Shown: one piece after another, positions 45,926 to 56,716 of the stretch | Layout: each line of letters opens with the position of its first letter | Numbering within the stretch: position 1 is the stretch's first letter | Assembly: GCA_946965045.2 (NCBI GenBank) | Contig: OX337238.1 | Span: forward strand, 2,170,001 to 2,234,000 | DNA length: 64,000 nucleotides | From: Epithemia pelagica | Taxonomy: Eukaryota; Protista; Bacillariophyta | Reading direction: 5' to 3' | Program-made: the position numbers and the translations under genes | The notes under the pieces: generated by a model | What the model was told of the DNA's origin: nothing | Database searches by the model: none | The model's input: the letters and a program-made list of their open reading frames with translations, nothing else

Positions 45926-47106
45926 CGTGTGCTTTGTGCTACATTGGGAAAATGCCTCCATCAATGGATGGCCCAATTTCAATGACCATGGCGCCTACGG
46001 TCAATCTGAGACCTGGGTACGCTCAGGTAGGTCCTAAACTAAAATGCTACAAAGTAGGAAGGCAAGCGAATCAATATTGAACGAGACGATTAGCAACGTC
46101 CTTCGGTCTCGAAATGTTGTGTGCTACGTGCTACATCGGGAAAAATGCCTCCATCAATGGATGGCACCTTCTCAATGACCATGGCGCCTACGGTCAATCT
46201 GAGACCTGGGTACGCTCAAGTAGGTTCTAAACTAAAATGCTACAAAGTAGGAAGGCAAGCAAAACAATATTGAACGAGACGAGTAGCAACGTCCTTCGGT
46301 CTCGAAATGTTGTGTGCTACGTGCTACATCGGGAAAAATGCCTCCATCAATGGATGGCACCTTCTCAATGACCATGGCGCCTACGGTCAATCTGATACCT
46401 CGTTACGCTCAAGTAGGTCCTAAACTAAAATGCTACAAAGTAGGAGGGGCAGAGAATCAAGATTGAACGAGACGAGTAGCGGAAACTGACGATGAGGATC
46501 TATTGTGGTTCGTGTCGCGAGAGATGAAAATCCTCATCGATGGAAGACTATTTTGCGATAACCATGGCACCTACGATAGTTATGGTAGTTGGTTTCACGA
46601 AGGTAGACCCTAAAGTAAAAGCCCTTCAAGTATGAACTGTAGAACTACCATATTGGAGCTTCGGCAGTACATCGAGTTACGGATGAAAATCTCGTTCCAA
46701 CAAAAACAAGCCAAATCGAGCAGGGGTTTGTTTGCGTTATCACGCCCACCGATAGCCCATATGACCTGAAAGTGCTCTTCCTTACACTACGATAGACACA
46801 TCGTAGGCACCATTTGATGGTAGGGCACGTAGTGGTCGACTTATAGTACCATCAATGTAGCGGCCAAAGGGCAATCTAGCGGCCATTACGTGGACGAAAA
46901 AAAATGACCCTACAATGGTGAGTTAGAACTCGATAACCATGGCCGCTATAGCAAAAGTGGCCCGCAGGGGCCGAGAGCATTGTTTGAAGAAAACGTCGCT
47001 CGATATTGGGGCATGGGCGTCCTATATTGAGTGAGTTACGCTAGATGTCCATCATGGTCATTTGGCCGCTATTTTCGAGGTTTTGGCCGCCTCACCCGGC
47101 GCGGCA
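45926..47106 (-). repeat. Right TIR with ~3 copies of the ~193-bp unit
   Basis: GCTACAAAGTAG at 46046, 46239 and 46432. Reverse complement of 36086 to ~37270. Confidence 0.93.
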
Positions 47107-48217
47107 CTATACACCCAAATTGTATCACGAAGATGGACATCGCGTCCATACCGCCATTCCGCCATTTTACATTATGAATCCTATATTGATTTTGATACCC
47201 TCTTGGAACAAACCGAAACCACCACCGAGGACGACGACCAGTCCACGACGACAACGACGACCAGTAGTACCACATCCGTCGCAGCCTCAAGTGCCTCGCG
47301 TTCTCTCCCACCCCCTCCATTGGAACAGGAGCAGTGGGTGGCGGCCATTCCTTCCTAAACGTAGCTACACCCCTGGGTCTGTGGCCGCAACAAACAGAGT
47401 GATGATGATGATGATTATGGTCGCTTCCATCCAAGGGATGATGATTCCCAAACCAAGGCTGCCGAAAACGCGCGTGGTGAACGAGTCAGCAACCCCACGA
47501 TGGAAGCCAATAAGTGTCGTCGTCCCCCTCCAAAACTATACAGCCACTGATCGCATGTAATATGTATAGGTACTAGATATGTAAAGGGTGTTCGTCCTCT
47601 AGAGAGAACGACAGAAAAACAAGGAAAAGAGCCCCGACACAAAAGTAGCATTCCTCCTGTGGGACTTGTCAACACTGTTGCAATGGATTCGTATTGGATG
47701 CGTCCACTCGCGGAGCAAAATACCAATGACGACGTAAAGGACTCTGGGATGAAACAATCCCATTGTGTGCGGGACTTCCCATGCCAGACGGATTGTGTAC
47801 CCGACGTGTGTGGCATTGTCACGTCGAGGCGAGAGCCAACTTTGCCGAGTACCTAGCTACCTATAGCTGCTGCTTTGATGGAATGCCAATCGTGGCACGG
47901 CAAAATATGTGGAGAAAGAAACCAACTCAGATAGGAGGATCAGAGGATTGTTGTTGGATGCATAAGTCTTGAACTTGCCCATGCAGTCGGGATGATGCAG
48001 TGTTGTTCCTTGAAAGACTACAAAAGCAAGTCCTTCTCAACATCTTGTTGTCCACTTCTAGTATCCTTTGTGCCTGTCGCATATTATATGCCTCCAAAGT
48101 CTTTTCGCTCGCTTTTGTGTGTGTGACACAAGGCTCTACACGAAGCTACTCCTACCTGAGACGAAGAGGCTTGATAACCAGTAGTATGGTTCACGTGAGA
48201 AGAAGCAATCGAGAGTT

Positions 48218-49321
48218 TTACAAAAAATATTCCGGTGTTTTGCCCAACTGATTGGGTTCGCCCCGGCGCGGCGCCGGATCAAATTGAAGAAAGGTTGTTT
48301 GGAGCGTGTCTTCGTCCACTTCCATCATGGCCGCTTGATTGCCACAGCGGTAGCAATAATTGGGGGCCGAAAAGACAGTGACCAAGGATTTTTCGTGGCA
48401 CCAACTGTATCCTTCCATGACCAATTGATGAGCCCGGACCACCGTGGACAAGCCGTTGCAGTGCGTAAAGGCTTGCGTAACGTCGGCACCAAAGATAAAG
48501 CCGGCGCCGCGCGGACTAATGCCCCATCCCGTCGTCCGATCGTCGGGATCACTCCAAACCAAGTCACACATGGCTCCTTCGTGAGGGACTTCTTGGATCC
48601 GATCCAATTCTCGCACGTGATCGAGTGTCTCCAGCGACGGCGACAAGCCGCCGTGGGGACAAAAGATACTGGATTCAATCAAGGCCGACAATGGCAAGTA
48701 ATCAAACAAATCGGTAAACATTTTCCAAACATTGGCCGATCCATATTTCCGCAAGCATTCATCGTAAAAGCCATAGACTTGGGTGATTTGTCGACTTTCG
48801 TGATTTCCCCGAATCATGTACACGCGTTGTGGATATCGGACCTTGTAACAGGTCACCAATTGTACTGTTTCGACACTATAGTAGCCTCGATCCACGTAAT
48901 CTCCCAAGAACAAATAATTGGTATCCGGCGGGGCGCCACCAATCTGAAAGAGTTCCATCAAATCGTGCCATTGTCCGTGCACATCACCCACCACGGTGAC
49001 GGGAGCTGGCACGGGTTGTACGTTGCTTTCATTGAAAAAGACCTCCCGTGCCATGTCGCACAACAGTTTCACTTCAGCTTCCGTCAAGGGGGTCCCCAAA
49101 CGGAGTTTGGACAACCAAGCCTCCAAGTCATTCGTACTGGCCGTCGGCGTCGGGGTGGTGCTTGTGGTCTTATTGCTCCAAGAACCCTTTGCGAGTGACG
49201 GGGGGGCAATGGACGAGGAACTACTACTACTACTCGAGACTGACGACGATGTAACGTCGGGCTCACTGTCCTCCATGGTAGTCATCTCCGTCTTGCTCCA
49301 TTGTATCCATGCATGTTCCAA
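48218..49321 (-). CDS. PPP2C: Serine/threonine protein phosphatase 2A catalytic subunit
   Basis: [63 protein letters not shown] and a C-terminal TPEYFL. Intronless, with a Ser/Thr-rich N-terminal extension (exact start uncertain). Confidence 0.96.
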   Translation of the reverse strand: MEHAWIQWSKTEMTTMEDSEPDVTSSSVSSSSSSSSSIAPPSLAKGSWSNKTTSTTPTPTASTNDLEAWLSKLRLGTPLTEAEVKLLCDMAREVFFNESNVQPVPAPVTVVGDVHGQWHDLMELFQIGGAPPDTNYLFLGDYVDRGYYSVETVQLVTCYKVRYPQRVYMIRGNHESRQITQVYGFYDECLRKYGSANVWKMFTDLFDYLPLSALIESSIFCPHGGLSPSLETLDHVRELDRIQEVPHEGAMCDLVWSDPDDRTTGWGISPRGAGFIFGADVTQAFTHCNGLSTVVRAHQLVMEGYSWCHEKSLVTVFSAPNYCYRCGNQAAMMEVDEDTLQTTFLQFDPAPRRGEPNQLGKTPEYFL

Positions 49322-50477
49322 CTTCCAACGATGAGGACGAGACAGACGACAAAGAGCCTATTACCGGTAATGAAAGGCCTATAATGAAGGCCTCAAACTT
49401 AAAAATTCAAGGGACAGTCTACTTCGTTGAAAAAATGCGTGCCAAAGTCCAACCGAAGATCCATCCGTACTCCGTGCCAAAGTCCGAAGTGCCTGTACAG
49501 AAAAACCCCACAATTGCACCAAGCACTAACACTACTGCCTGGCGTTGTACGATTCGCCCTTAGGTCGGGTAGGTAAAGGTTGCGTTCCCATACTCAAGAG
49601 TAGTGAGTAGTGAGCATCCAAATTTCCGACTGAGTGCTACCAAACCTCACTCTAGGGCGTACGACATCACTACGCAGAAAAATCCAACCTTCTGTCGCAA
49701 GAAGGTACTCGAGATAGAAAATAAGTCGTTCTGCCTTTATTTCAATTGATGTATCGCTTCATTCGTTCCTGTGCTGGACAACTTTCAGTAGTAGCAAGAT
49801 GCCAGAGACAATCTCGTCCGGAAACCAACGAAACAAAAAGCTTGGTACTGATCTACAGCCGAGTGTCGAAATCAAAGAATCTGCAGCAAAGAGGACAAAA
49901 CTTGATGCGTTGAACGGTGCCGCGTCGAATGAGCAGATTCTCGGGGCTTAGGGCACATTCGCAAAGCGATATTTTAGTCAAGAAGACTCACAAGATTTGT
50001 GTTACCCTTTCATGGTCTCCGAAACTTGGAATCGCAATGAACTCAACAGATTGTTCCGTGAAAAGCAAGTGACTGTTTTAGAACACATCCGTAAAGACAA
50101 TGACACACGTGCTCCTTTGGTTGTAATGGCCGTGGCAGGTTGGGGAACGGGAAAACTCATTTTCTCAAAGCCGCCCCTGGGTTTGTCGGCCAAGAGAGCC
50201 TATTCATCAGCTACAACCAAGGTCAAGATTTGGCAACTGACGTGTCAGAAACACGCAAGGCTCTATTGCTGCGCATCATCTTTCAAACGTACGGAACCGG
50301 ATCATGTGGAGCCGCAAGCTTTCTCACTTCGCGCGAAGGAAGGCATATGATTGAAACATGGGACTATCAAACGTTACTTGGCGTTGCCACCGAACGTCTC
50401 GTGGAAACGTTTGCTCACACCACTGGCCTTGTGATTTGCCTCGACAACGCGAGAAAACTTGAACGTCTCAGGGTTGG

Positions 50478-50689
50478 TGTTGGAGGTAGCTGGAGTCGGA
50501 TGTGCGACTAAGGACAAAGAACAGGCGAAAATGGATGACGAGAACACGTGGCAGCTGGTGACGCAAAAGAAAAAGAGTCATAGTAGATTTAGTGGTAACG
50601 AGGGCACCAAGTGCTCATTCTATCAACAATAAGAAGTTATCGATCCTTTTGTTGCTTGTACGGCACTTGGTAGGGATTGTGTTTCAACA
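50478..50689 (+). repeat. Copia 5' LTR
   Basis: Identical by eye to 56505-56716. Confidence 0.96.
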
Positions 50690-50735
50690 TATTGTTGATA
50701 GAAAGCTTTATATCTTAAGATTGACTGTTGCGTTC

Positions 50736-51521
50736 ATGTCTGGAGCTGAGATTCCTTTTGGACCGCCAGTTAATACTCCAGTGACCCGTCTCATCCGTGC
50801 ACTAGCCCACTTGAAGATTGAGCAGAATCGCGAACTCAACCAACGAGAACGAGGTCACCAAACCCGACTGCGTGACATCGATCGTCAATATTGGGCCGAC
50901 AAGGCTCAGCTGGAGCAGCAGTACCAGCAGCGTCGCGCGGAAGAGTGCCAACAGTACCAACAAACAGTACGAGACATTCGCCACAACCAGGAAGTTGCCC
51001 AACGCGATCTCTACCGTGAAGCAGAGCAAGCTGAACAAGCACGACGTCAAGCAGAGGTGCAAGAGAATCTTGAACAGCCCGAAGAACCGCACGTCGTAGT
51101 AGTACACCGTGACGAAGTTCAACCAGTCAATCAGGTTCAACAAGACCCAGAAATCCTAGCGGAGGCTCAGCCAATTGGAGTCGTCGCTGAGGAACAGGAA
51201 CACGAAGAAGTTCAAGAAGCAATTCCAGACAATTCTCGTGAAAATCCGAGAGAACAAAACCTTCCTCAAGCCCAACCAGTTGCGCGCCGTCTACGAGTAG
51301 CACCAGTACGTGAAGTAGCAGCACGACAACTTGCAGTTGGAAGTCGAGTCGGAATCCGAAACGGGATACGCCTCGCAGACCACATCGACTTGGTACACAA
51401 TCAGGAAGGGCGCGTCACGCGAATCACTGAAGTGTACATCCACATAGAGGTGTGGAATCCAAGAACCAACCACCACGAAGTAATACTAAGACAAGAACAA
51501 AACGTCCGCCTCATTGAGTAA
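50736..51521 (+). CDS. Extra ORF upstream of gag-pol: coiled coil plus C-terminal KOW/SH3-like module
   Basis: First ATG after the LTR is at 50736. Gln/Glu/Arg heptad-rich region, then LAVGSRVGIRN...EGRVTRITEVYIHIEV...RQEQNVRLI. Stops 8 nt before the gag-pol ATG. Confidence 0.75.
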   Translation: MSGAEIPFGPPVNTPVTRLIRALAHLKIEQNRELNQRERGHQTRLRDIDRQYWADKAQLEQQYQQRRAEECQQYQQTVRDIRHNQEVAQRDLYREAEQAEQARRQAEVQENLEQPEEPHVVVVHRDEVQPVNQVQQDPEILAEAQPIGVVAEEQEHEEVQEAIPDNSRENPREQNLPQAQPVARRLRVAPVREVAARQLAVGSRVGIRNGIRLADHIDLVHNQEGRVTRITEVYIHIEVWNPRTNHHEVILRQEQNVRLIE

Positions 51522-51529
51522 CCACCAAG

Positions 51530-54500
51530 ATGTCCAGCAATCAAACAGATGGCCCAAGGCCTGATCAAGCGACATCATCTTCGAACCAGTCCCAAGGACG
51601 TGGTAACCAAGGTCGTGGAGGACGAGGAGGACGCGGACGATCGAACCAAGGTCGAGGACAGCGCCAAAATCAACCAAAGTTTGAAGGGCAAGAGCCGCTG
51701 CTCAAGGAGTGCATATTTGATTATGCCCATGATGCACAATCAAAGAAGTACCTGAAGAACATCGAGCTACTTGTCGGATACGTGGGGACGAAGTTCCCAA
51801 AGTATAACATGATTTTTCAACGTGGAATAGAGAATTTGGAAATTCCTCCACCGCAAAGGCCACAAATCCCTGAAGACGAAAGCACCATGACGATGCTAGC
51901 CGTCGAGCAGTGGAAAATGGAGTTCAAGCAGATACAAGAGCAAGAAGTTGCAATTGGCAGTTTCAAGTCCTCGCTGTACAGTCTCTTGCTCGGCCAGTCA
52001 ACACCCGTACTCAAAGACAAGCTCAAGGCACACGCGTCGTTCGAAAGCATTCACACAAGTCGTGATGGAATCGAACTACTCAAGTTAATCAAGAGTATCA
52101 CCTTCACCTACGATAGTGATAGAGTCTACACTGGAATGGCCCTGGATAAAGTGAGGGCAGACTTCTACACCATGAAGCGCCATCCTGGCCAGTCAATCCA
52201 GGCATTCTATGAAGCCTTCACTGCTAAGGTAAAGATCATGAGGGAGTTGGGAGTGGTGTTATGCGACCCAACCTACGTGAATGAAATAGCCAAGAAAAAT
52301 AAGCGAACAACTGCTGAGGATGCCGACAGGGAAGAGGCAGAAGAAAGGATGATCGCAAATAGATTCATCAGGGCGTGTGGGGTGAAGGAGTATGAGGCTC
52401 ATCTCCACAACAGCTTCTTGGATGGGAACACAATATACCCATCAACCTTGGCAAATGCCCGTGCAATCATTGATGCACGAATGGTTCGCCGTGATAGCCA
52501 ACAGAACAATAATAACAACAACAATCAGAACCAAGGACAAGGGACAGGCACTGGTGTAGCTTTTGTGGCTGAGAACTCTAATGCAAGCGAGCATGGGTCA
52601 TCAGAGAACAGCCAAAATGCATCTAGCTCAGAAGGTTCGCGCTCAAATGCAATTTGTACTGACAACCACTACTCTGTCTCACATATATTCGCTGCCTCTA
52701 CTTTGTCACAGGATAATGTCCCTCCCCATTGGGTCCTATTGGACAGCCAAGCAACAGTTAGCATTTTCAGTAACAAGAAACTTATTACCAACATCACAAA
52801 GGTAGCAACAAGCATGACCATCCGAGGCCTTTGTGGTAAAAGAACAACCAACCTACAGGCCCAAGTCAAGAATTATGGTACCGTATGGTACGACCCAGGC
52901 GGTTGGGTGAATATTTTATCTATGCATCAAGTGAAAAGAGCACACAGTATCCATTTCAACAGCGTGAAAGAAGACGAATTCATTGTCCGGGCAATACTGA
53001 CAGGGGAAGTCACAGATATATTCCGCCCCAGCCCTGAAGGACTGTACTATACTAGCTGGCCAAGTGCCCCATTCACACACGGCTCTGTTTTAGTTAGTAC
53101 AGTTAAAGACAATAAGACATCATATTCGAAACAAGATATCAAACGGGCTGAAGCCGTAAGGCAACTGCAAGCCAAGATAGGACGGCCAAACACCCGAGAA
53201 CAATTCATCAGAATCCTTGATGCAAAGATGATCAACAATTGCCCATATACAAGCAAGGACGTAAAGATTGCTGAAAGTCTGTTTGGGCCCGATATAGGAA
53301 CGCTAAAAGGAAAGACCGTGCGATCAAAGCCAACCAAAGTGCACACGGAGGAAATTAAGGAGTGTAGAATCCCTGCCGAATATCAAGATGTCACACTTGG
53401 GATGGATGTTATGCATGTGAATGGTGTGGGGTTCCTAGTGACCGTGTCACGAAACATCAAGTTCGGAACCATTGATGTAATCTCAAGTACACAAGATAGT
53501 GAAATCGTCCAGTCAATCAAGAAAGTGGTCAGTACCTACAGAAGAGGGGGCCTGCGGCCTAAAATTATACTAGCTGATGGTGCCTTCGACACCACAGAGA
53601 TTAACAACGCCCTTGGACTACTGGGAATAAAATTGAATCCGACGTCACGAGAAGAACATGTCGGTGACATTGAGCGTTACATCAGAACAATCAAAGAGAG
53701 AATGAGATGCGTGTATAACACCCTACCATTTAGTTTTGTCCCGCGGATAATGGTGATGGAGCTTGGGAAATTCGCTGTCTACTGGCTGAACTCATTCCCG
53801 GCCAAGAATGGAATATCAGACCGGTCAAGCCCTCGATTATTGGTAACTGGTGAGGATATCGACTTTCACAAGCACTGTCAGTACGAGTTCGGGCAGTACG
53901 TACAAGTACACGAACCGCATAACAACACCATGCAGCCACGAACAGTCGGAGCCATTGCACTCCGACCAACAGGAAACAAACAAGGGGGTTACTACTTTAT
54001 GAGTTTGGTAACCGGGAGAATTCTAAACCGGGCAAAAGCAACGGTATTGCCAATGCCCGAAGGAATAGAGAAAAGAGTAGCGGCATTGACAGCAACACAA
54101 GACCAATATCCTGAATTGGCCTTTGGAAATCGTGACAACCGAATCACAATGGTTAATTTTGAGGATCTTGGCTATAATGAGGACGAAGACGAGGATTATA
54201 ATGAGGACGAAGACGAGGATTATGTTGTACATGAGGATTTTGACGAAGTATTAAGATATGATGACGAGTTTATTGCTGAGGAGCTGGCCGATGTTCAGGA
54301 TGACGAACCAGTGGGGGAGGACATTGTCGCTGATGATTATGTAAGTGATGGAGATGGAGAGGATGAAGGAGTGTTGGATGGTCTGGAGGACGAGGAGACT
54401 GAAGAACATGGTTTGAATGATGAGGAAGGTGACAACGTGATAGACAATGTAGCTAACGTGGATCATCATGTGGATGATCACTTGGAACCAGCAGCGGAAC

Positions 54501-56659
54501 CGAATTCGGGTCCAACTACAGCTCCGAATGCAGAGGCACACCAAATGGAGAATGCCTCGGTACAAACTCAGGAAGACACTGAAGAAATTATTGAGCAATT
54601 CATGGAGCAAGCTACGGCCGATGATGAGATGGCAAATAACAATAATGAAGCACCTGAAGTGGAGACAGACAGCAATGAGTCGGATATGGAGACTGCGATA
54701 AGAGAACCGAACGAGGGTCCAACTGCAGCTCCCAGTGGAGACGATGCAAACAGGGCGAGTCCGCCACGACACCAATACAACCTACGAACCAATCGAGAAC
54801 GGAATTATGCCCATCGTTATCACGGTGATATCTATGTTAGCAGCAGTACTGTTCAGGACCTGTCGACACCACAAATGAGCATGAAACAAGGGGTGAGACT
54901 GTTCGGAGATGCAGGAGTGGCAGCAGTGAAAACTGAAGTTGTTCAACTTCACGAACGAGAGGTCATAAGAGCAATACAGAAAAGCAGTCTTACACCGGGA
55001 CAAATAAAAGAAGCGTTAGGATACTTAATGTTCCTTAAACGAAAGAGGAATGGGAAAATAAAAGGAAGAGGATGTGCAGACGGACGGAAACAAAGAGCAT
55101 ACATTGCCAAGGAAGATGCAACCTCACCGACTGTCAGTACAGATGCTGTATTTATCACAGCAATCATTGACGCCATGGAGGGTCGCTGTGTGACTGTGGT
55201 AGATATACCAGGTGCATTCATGCAAGTGATGATGGACAAAGGCGTGCACATGAGAATCACGGGACTAATGGCAACACTTTTGATCGAGATCGATTCAAGT
55301 TACAAACAGTTTGTTGTGTATGAACATGGCGAACCGGTCATCTATGTTGAATTGCTGCGTGCTCTGTACGGAACTCTTCGGGCAGCTCGGCTGTTTTGGG
55401 AGCGTCTGTCGGCTGAGATCAAGGAGTGGGGATTCATTATTAACCCATATGACAGCTGTGTGGCGAATAAGGTGATCAACGGGTCACAATGTACCATAAC
55501 CTGGCACATTGATGACCTGAAAATATCACACAAAGAAGACAAAGTGGTTAGTGATATTGTGGATCAAATCAAGCATAGCTTCGGTCAGCTGGGAGAAATC
55601 TCAGTATCGGAAGGAAAAAGACATGATTACCTGGGCATGTACCTGGATTATACCGAGCCTGGGGTATTGATTGTTGACATGAGAAGTTACATTCAAAATG
55701 CATTGGACGAAATGCCGAAACAGTTCAAAGGGAAAGCAGTGACCCCTGCTGCACAACATTTGTTTGCAGTAAACGACAATGCTCCAAAGCTCAACAAGGA
55801 AAAGAGTGAATACTTCCATAGTCTGGTGATGCAATTGATGTATCTTGCCCACCGTGGTCGCCCCGATATCCGTGTAGCCATCGGATTCCTGAGCACAAGA
55901 GTTGCAGCACCCGACCTTGACGATTGGAGAAAGTTGAGTCGGGTCATGAAGTATTTACAGTCAACCTTTGATTTGTTGTTGCGTCTCGAGTGTGATGGAA
56001 GTGGACGGGTGCAATGGTGGATTGATGCATCGTATGCCGTACACCCCGACATGCGAGGTCACACTGGTGCAGTGATGAGTCTAGGCAAAGGTGGTGCCAT
56101 GAACATGTCGAGTAAACAAAAGCTTGTGTCCCGAAGTTCCACGGAAAGTGAACTGATTGGGGTTCATGACGGACTGCCAAATTTGTTGTGGTGCCGAAAT
56201 TTTCTGCACCATCAAGGGTATCAACCTAAAGACGTTGTGCTGTACCAAGATAATATGAGCGCATTACAGTTAGAGAAAAATGGACGCGCATCAAGCAGCA
56301 AGAGAACGAAACACATCAACGTACGCTATTTTTACGTGAAAGACCGGATTGCAAAGAAAGAATTGCGTGTGGAACATTGCCCAACCGAAGAGATGTTGGC
56401 TGACTTTCACACTAAGCCACTGCAAGGTCATCTGTTTTACAAGTTTCGTGACGCTATCCTCCATATTCCAAAAAGTGATCCACATCACTCTTCGAAAAGG
56501 AGTGTGTTGGAGGTAGCTGGAGTCGGATGTGCGACTAAGGACAAAGAACAGGCGAAAATGGATGACGAGAACACGTGGCAGCTGGTGACGCAAAAGAAAA
56601 AGAGTCATAGTAGATTTAGTGGTAACGAGGGCACCAAGTGCTCATTCTATCAACAATAA
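51530..56659 (+). CDS. Copia gag-pol polyprotein, 1709 aa, intact
   Basis: PR WVLLDSQAT. Integrase MDVMHV, LADGAF, HVGDIERYIRTIKER. RT KGRGCADGR, DIPGAFM, RALYG, WHIDD. RNase H IDASYA, STESEL, YQDN, ADFHTKPL. Confidence 0.97.
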   Translation: MSSNQTDGPRPDQATSSSNQSQGRGNQGRGGRGGRGRSNQGRGQRQNQPKFEGQEPLLKECIFDYAHDAQSKKYLKNIELLVGYVGTKFPKYNMIFQRGIENLEIPPPQRPQIPEDESTMTMLAVEQWKMEFKQIQEQEVAIGSFKSSLYSLLLGQSTPVLKDKLKAHASFESIHTSRDGIELLKLIKSITFTYDSDRVYTGMALDKVRADFYTMKRHPGQSIQAFYEAFTAKVKIMRELGVVLCDPTYVNEIAKKNKRTTAEDADREEAEERMIANRFIRACGVKEYEAHLHNSFLDGNTIYPSTLANARAIIDARMVRRDSQQNNNNNNNQNQGQGTGTGVAFVAENSNASEHGSSENSQNASSSEGSRSNAICTDNHYSVSHIFAASTLSQDNVPPHWVLLDSQATVSIFSNKKLITNITKVATSMTIRGLCGKRTTNLQAQVKNYGTVWYDPGGWVNILSMHQVKRAHSIHFNSVKEDEFIVRAILTGEVTDIFRPSPEGLYYTSWPSAPFTHGSVLVSTVKDNKTSYSKQDIKRAEAVRQLQAKIGRPNTREQFIRILDAKMINNCPYTSKDVKIAESLFGPDIGTLKGKTVRSKPTKVHTEEIKECRIPAEYQDVTLGMDVMHVNGVGFLVTVSRNIKFGTIDVISSTQDSEIVQSIKKVVSTYRRGGLRPKIILADGAFDTTEINNALGLLGIKLNPTSREEHVGDIERYIRTIKERMRCVYNTLPFSFVPRIMVMELGKFAVYWLNSFPAKNGISDRSSPRLLVTGEDIDFHKHCQYEFGQYVQVHEPHNNTMQPRTVGAIALRPTGNKQGGYYFMSLVTGRILNRAKATVLPMPEGIEKRVAALTATQDQYPELAFGNRDNRITMVNFEDLGYNEDEDEDYNEDEDEDYVVHEDFDEVLRYDDEFIAEELADVQDDEPVGEDIVADDYVSDGDGEDEGVLDGLEDEETEEHGLNDEEGDNVIDNVANVDHHVDDHLEPAAEPNSGPTTAPNAEAHQMENASVQTQEDTEEIIEQFMEQATADDEMANNNNEAPEVETDSNESDMETAIREPNEGPTAAPSGDDANRASPPRHQYNLRTNRERNYAHRYHGDIYVSSSTVQDLSTPQMSMKQGVRLFGDAGVAAVKTEVVQLHEREVIRAIQKSSLTPGQIKEALGYLMFLKRKRNGKIKGRGCADGRKQRAYIAKEDATSPTVSTDAVFITAIIDAMEGRCVTVVDIPGAFMQVMMDKGVHMRITGLMATLLIEIDSSYKQFVVYEHGEPVIYVELLRALYGTLRAARLFWERLSAEIKEWGFIINPYDSCVANKVINGSQCTITWHIDDLKISHKEDKVVSDIVDQIKHSFGQLGEISVSEGKRHDYLGMYLDYTEPGVLIVDMRSYIQNALDEMPKQFKGKAVTPAAQHLFAVNDNAPKLNKEKSEYFHSLVMQLMYLAHRGRPDIRVAIGFLSTRVAAPDLDDWRKLSRVMKYLQSTFDLLLRLECDGSGRVQWWIDASYAVHPDMRGHTGAVMSLGKGGAMNMSSKQKLVSRSSTESELIGVHDGLPNLLWCRNFLHHQGYQPKDVVLYQDNMSALQLEKNGRASSSKRTKHINVRYFYVKDRIAKKELRVEHCPTEEMLADFHTKPLQGHLFYKFRDAILHIPKSDPHHSSKRSVLEVAGVGCATKDKEQAKMDDENTWQLVTQKKKSHSRFSGNEGTKCSFYQQ

Positions 56660-56716
56660 GAAGTTATCGATCCTTTTGTTGCTTGTACGGCACTTGGTAG
56701 GGATTGTGTTTCAACA
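56505..56716 (+). repeat. Copia 3' LTR
   Basis: Direct repeat of 50478-50689, followed by the TSD GTTGG. Confidence 0.96.

Larger units (their letters stand above)
36086..47106. mobile_element. 11,021-bp piggyBac-like DNA transposon with CTAT TSD, long TIRs and cargo genes
   Basis: Ends TGCCGCGCCGGGTGAGG... and ...CCTCACCCGGCGCGGCA. CTAT at 36082-36085 and 47107-47110. About 1.2 kb of inverted repeat. Contains an internal piggyBac DDD transposase. Confidence 0.93.
35879..47560 (+). pseudogene. Host ORF interrupted by the 11-kb piggyBac-like element
   Basis: Removing 36086-47106 and one CTAT gives an in-frame join, ...QELHAY|TPKLYHEDGH.... The product is not recognised, and the 3' half may itself be frameshifted. 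Confidence 0.5.
50478..56716 (+). mobile_element. Complete Ty1/copia (CoDi-like) LTR retrotransposon with two ORFs
   Basis: 212-bp LTRs (TGTTG...CAACA) at 50478-50689 and 56505-56716. TSD GTTGG at 50473-50477 and 56717-56721. PPT AAAAGGAGTG. Confidence 0.97.

Noticed and set aside
48284-49198. 304-aa + strand ORF
   Set aside because: It is an antisense shadow of the PP2A gene.
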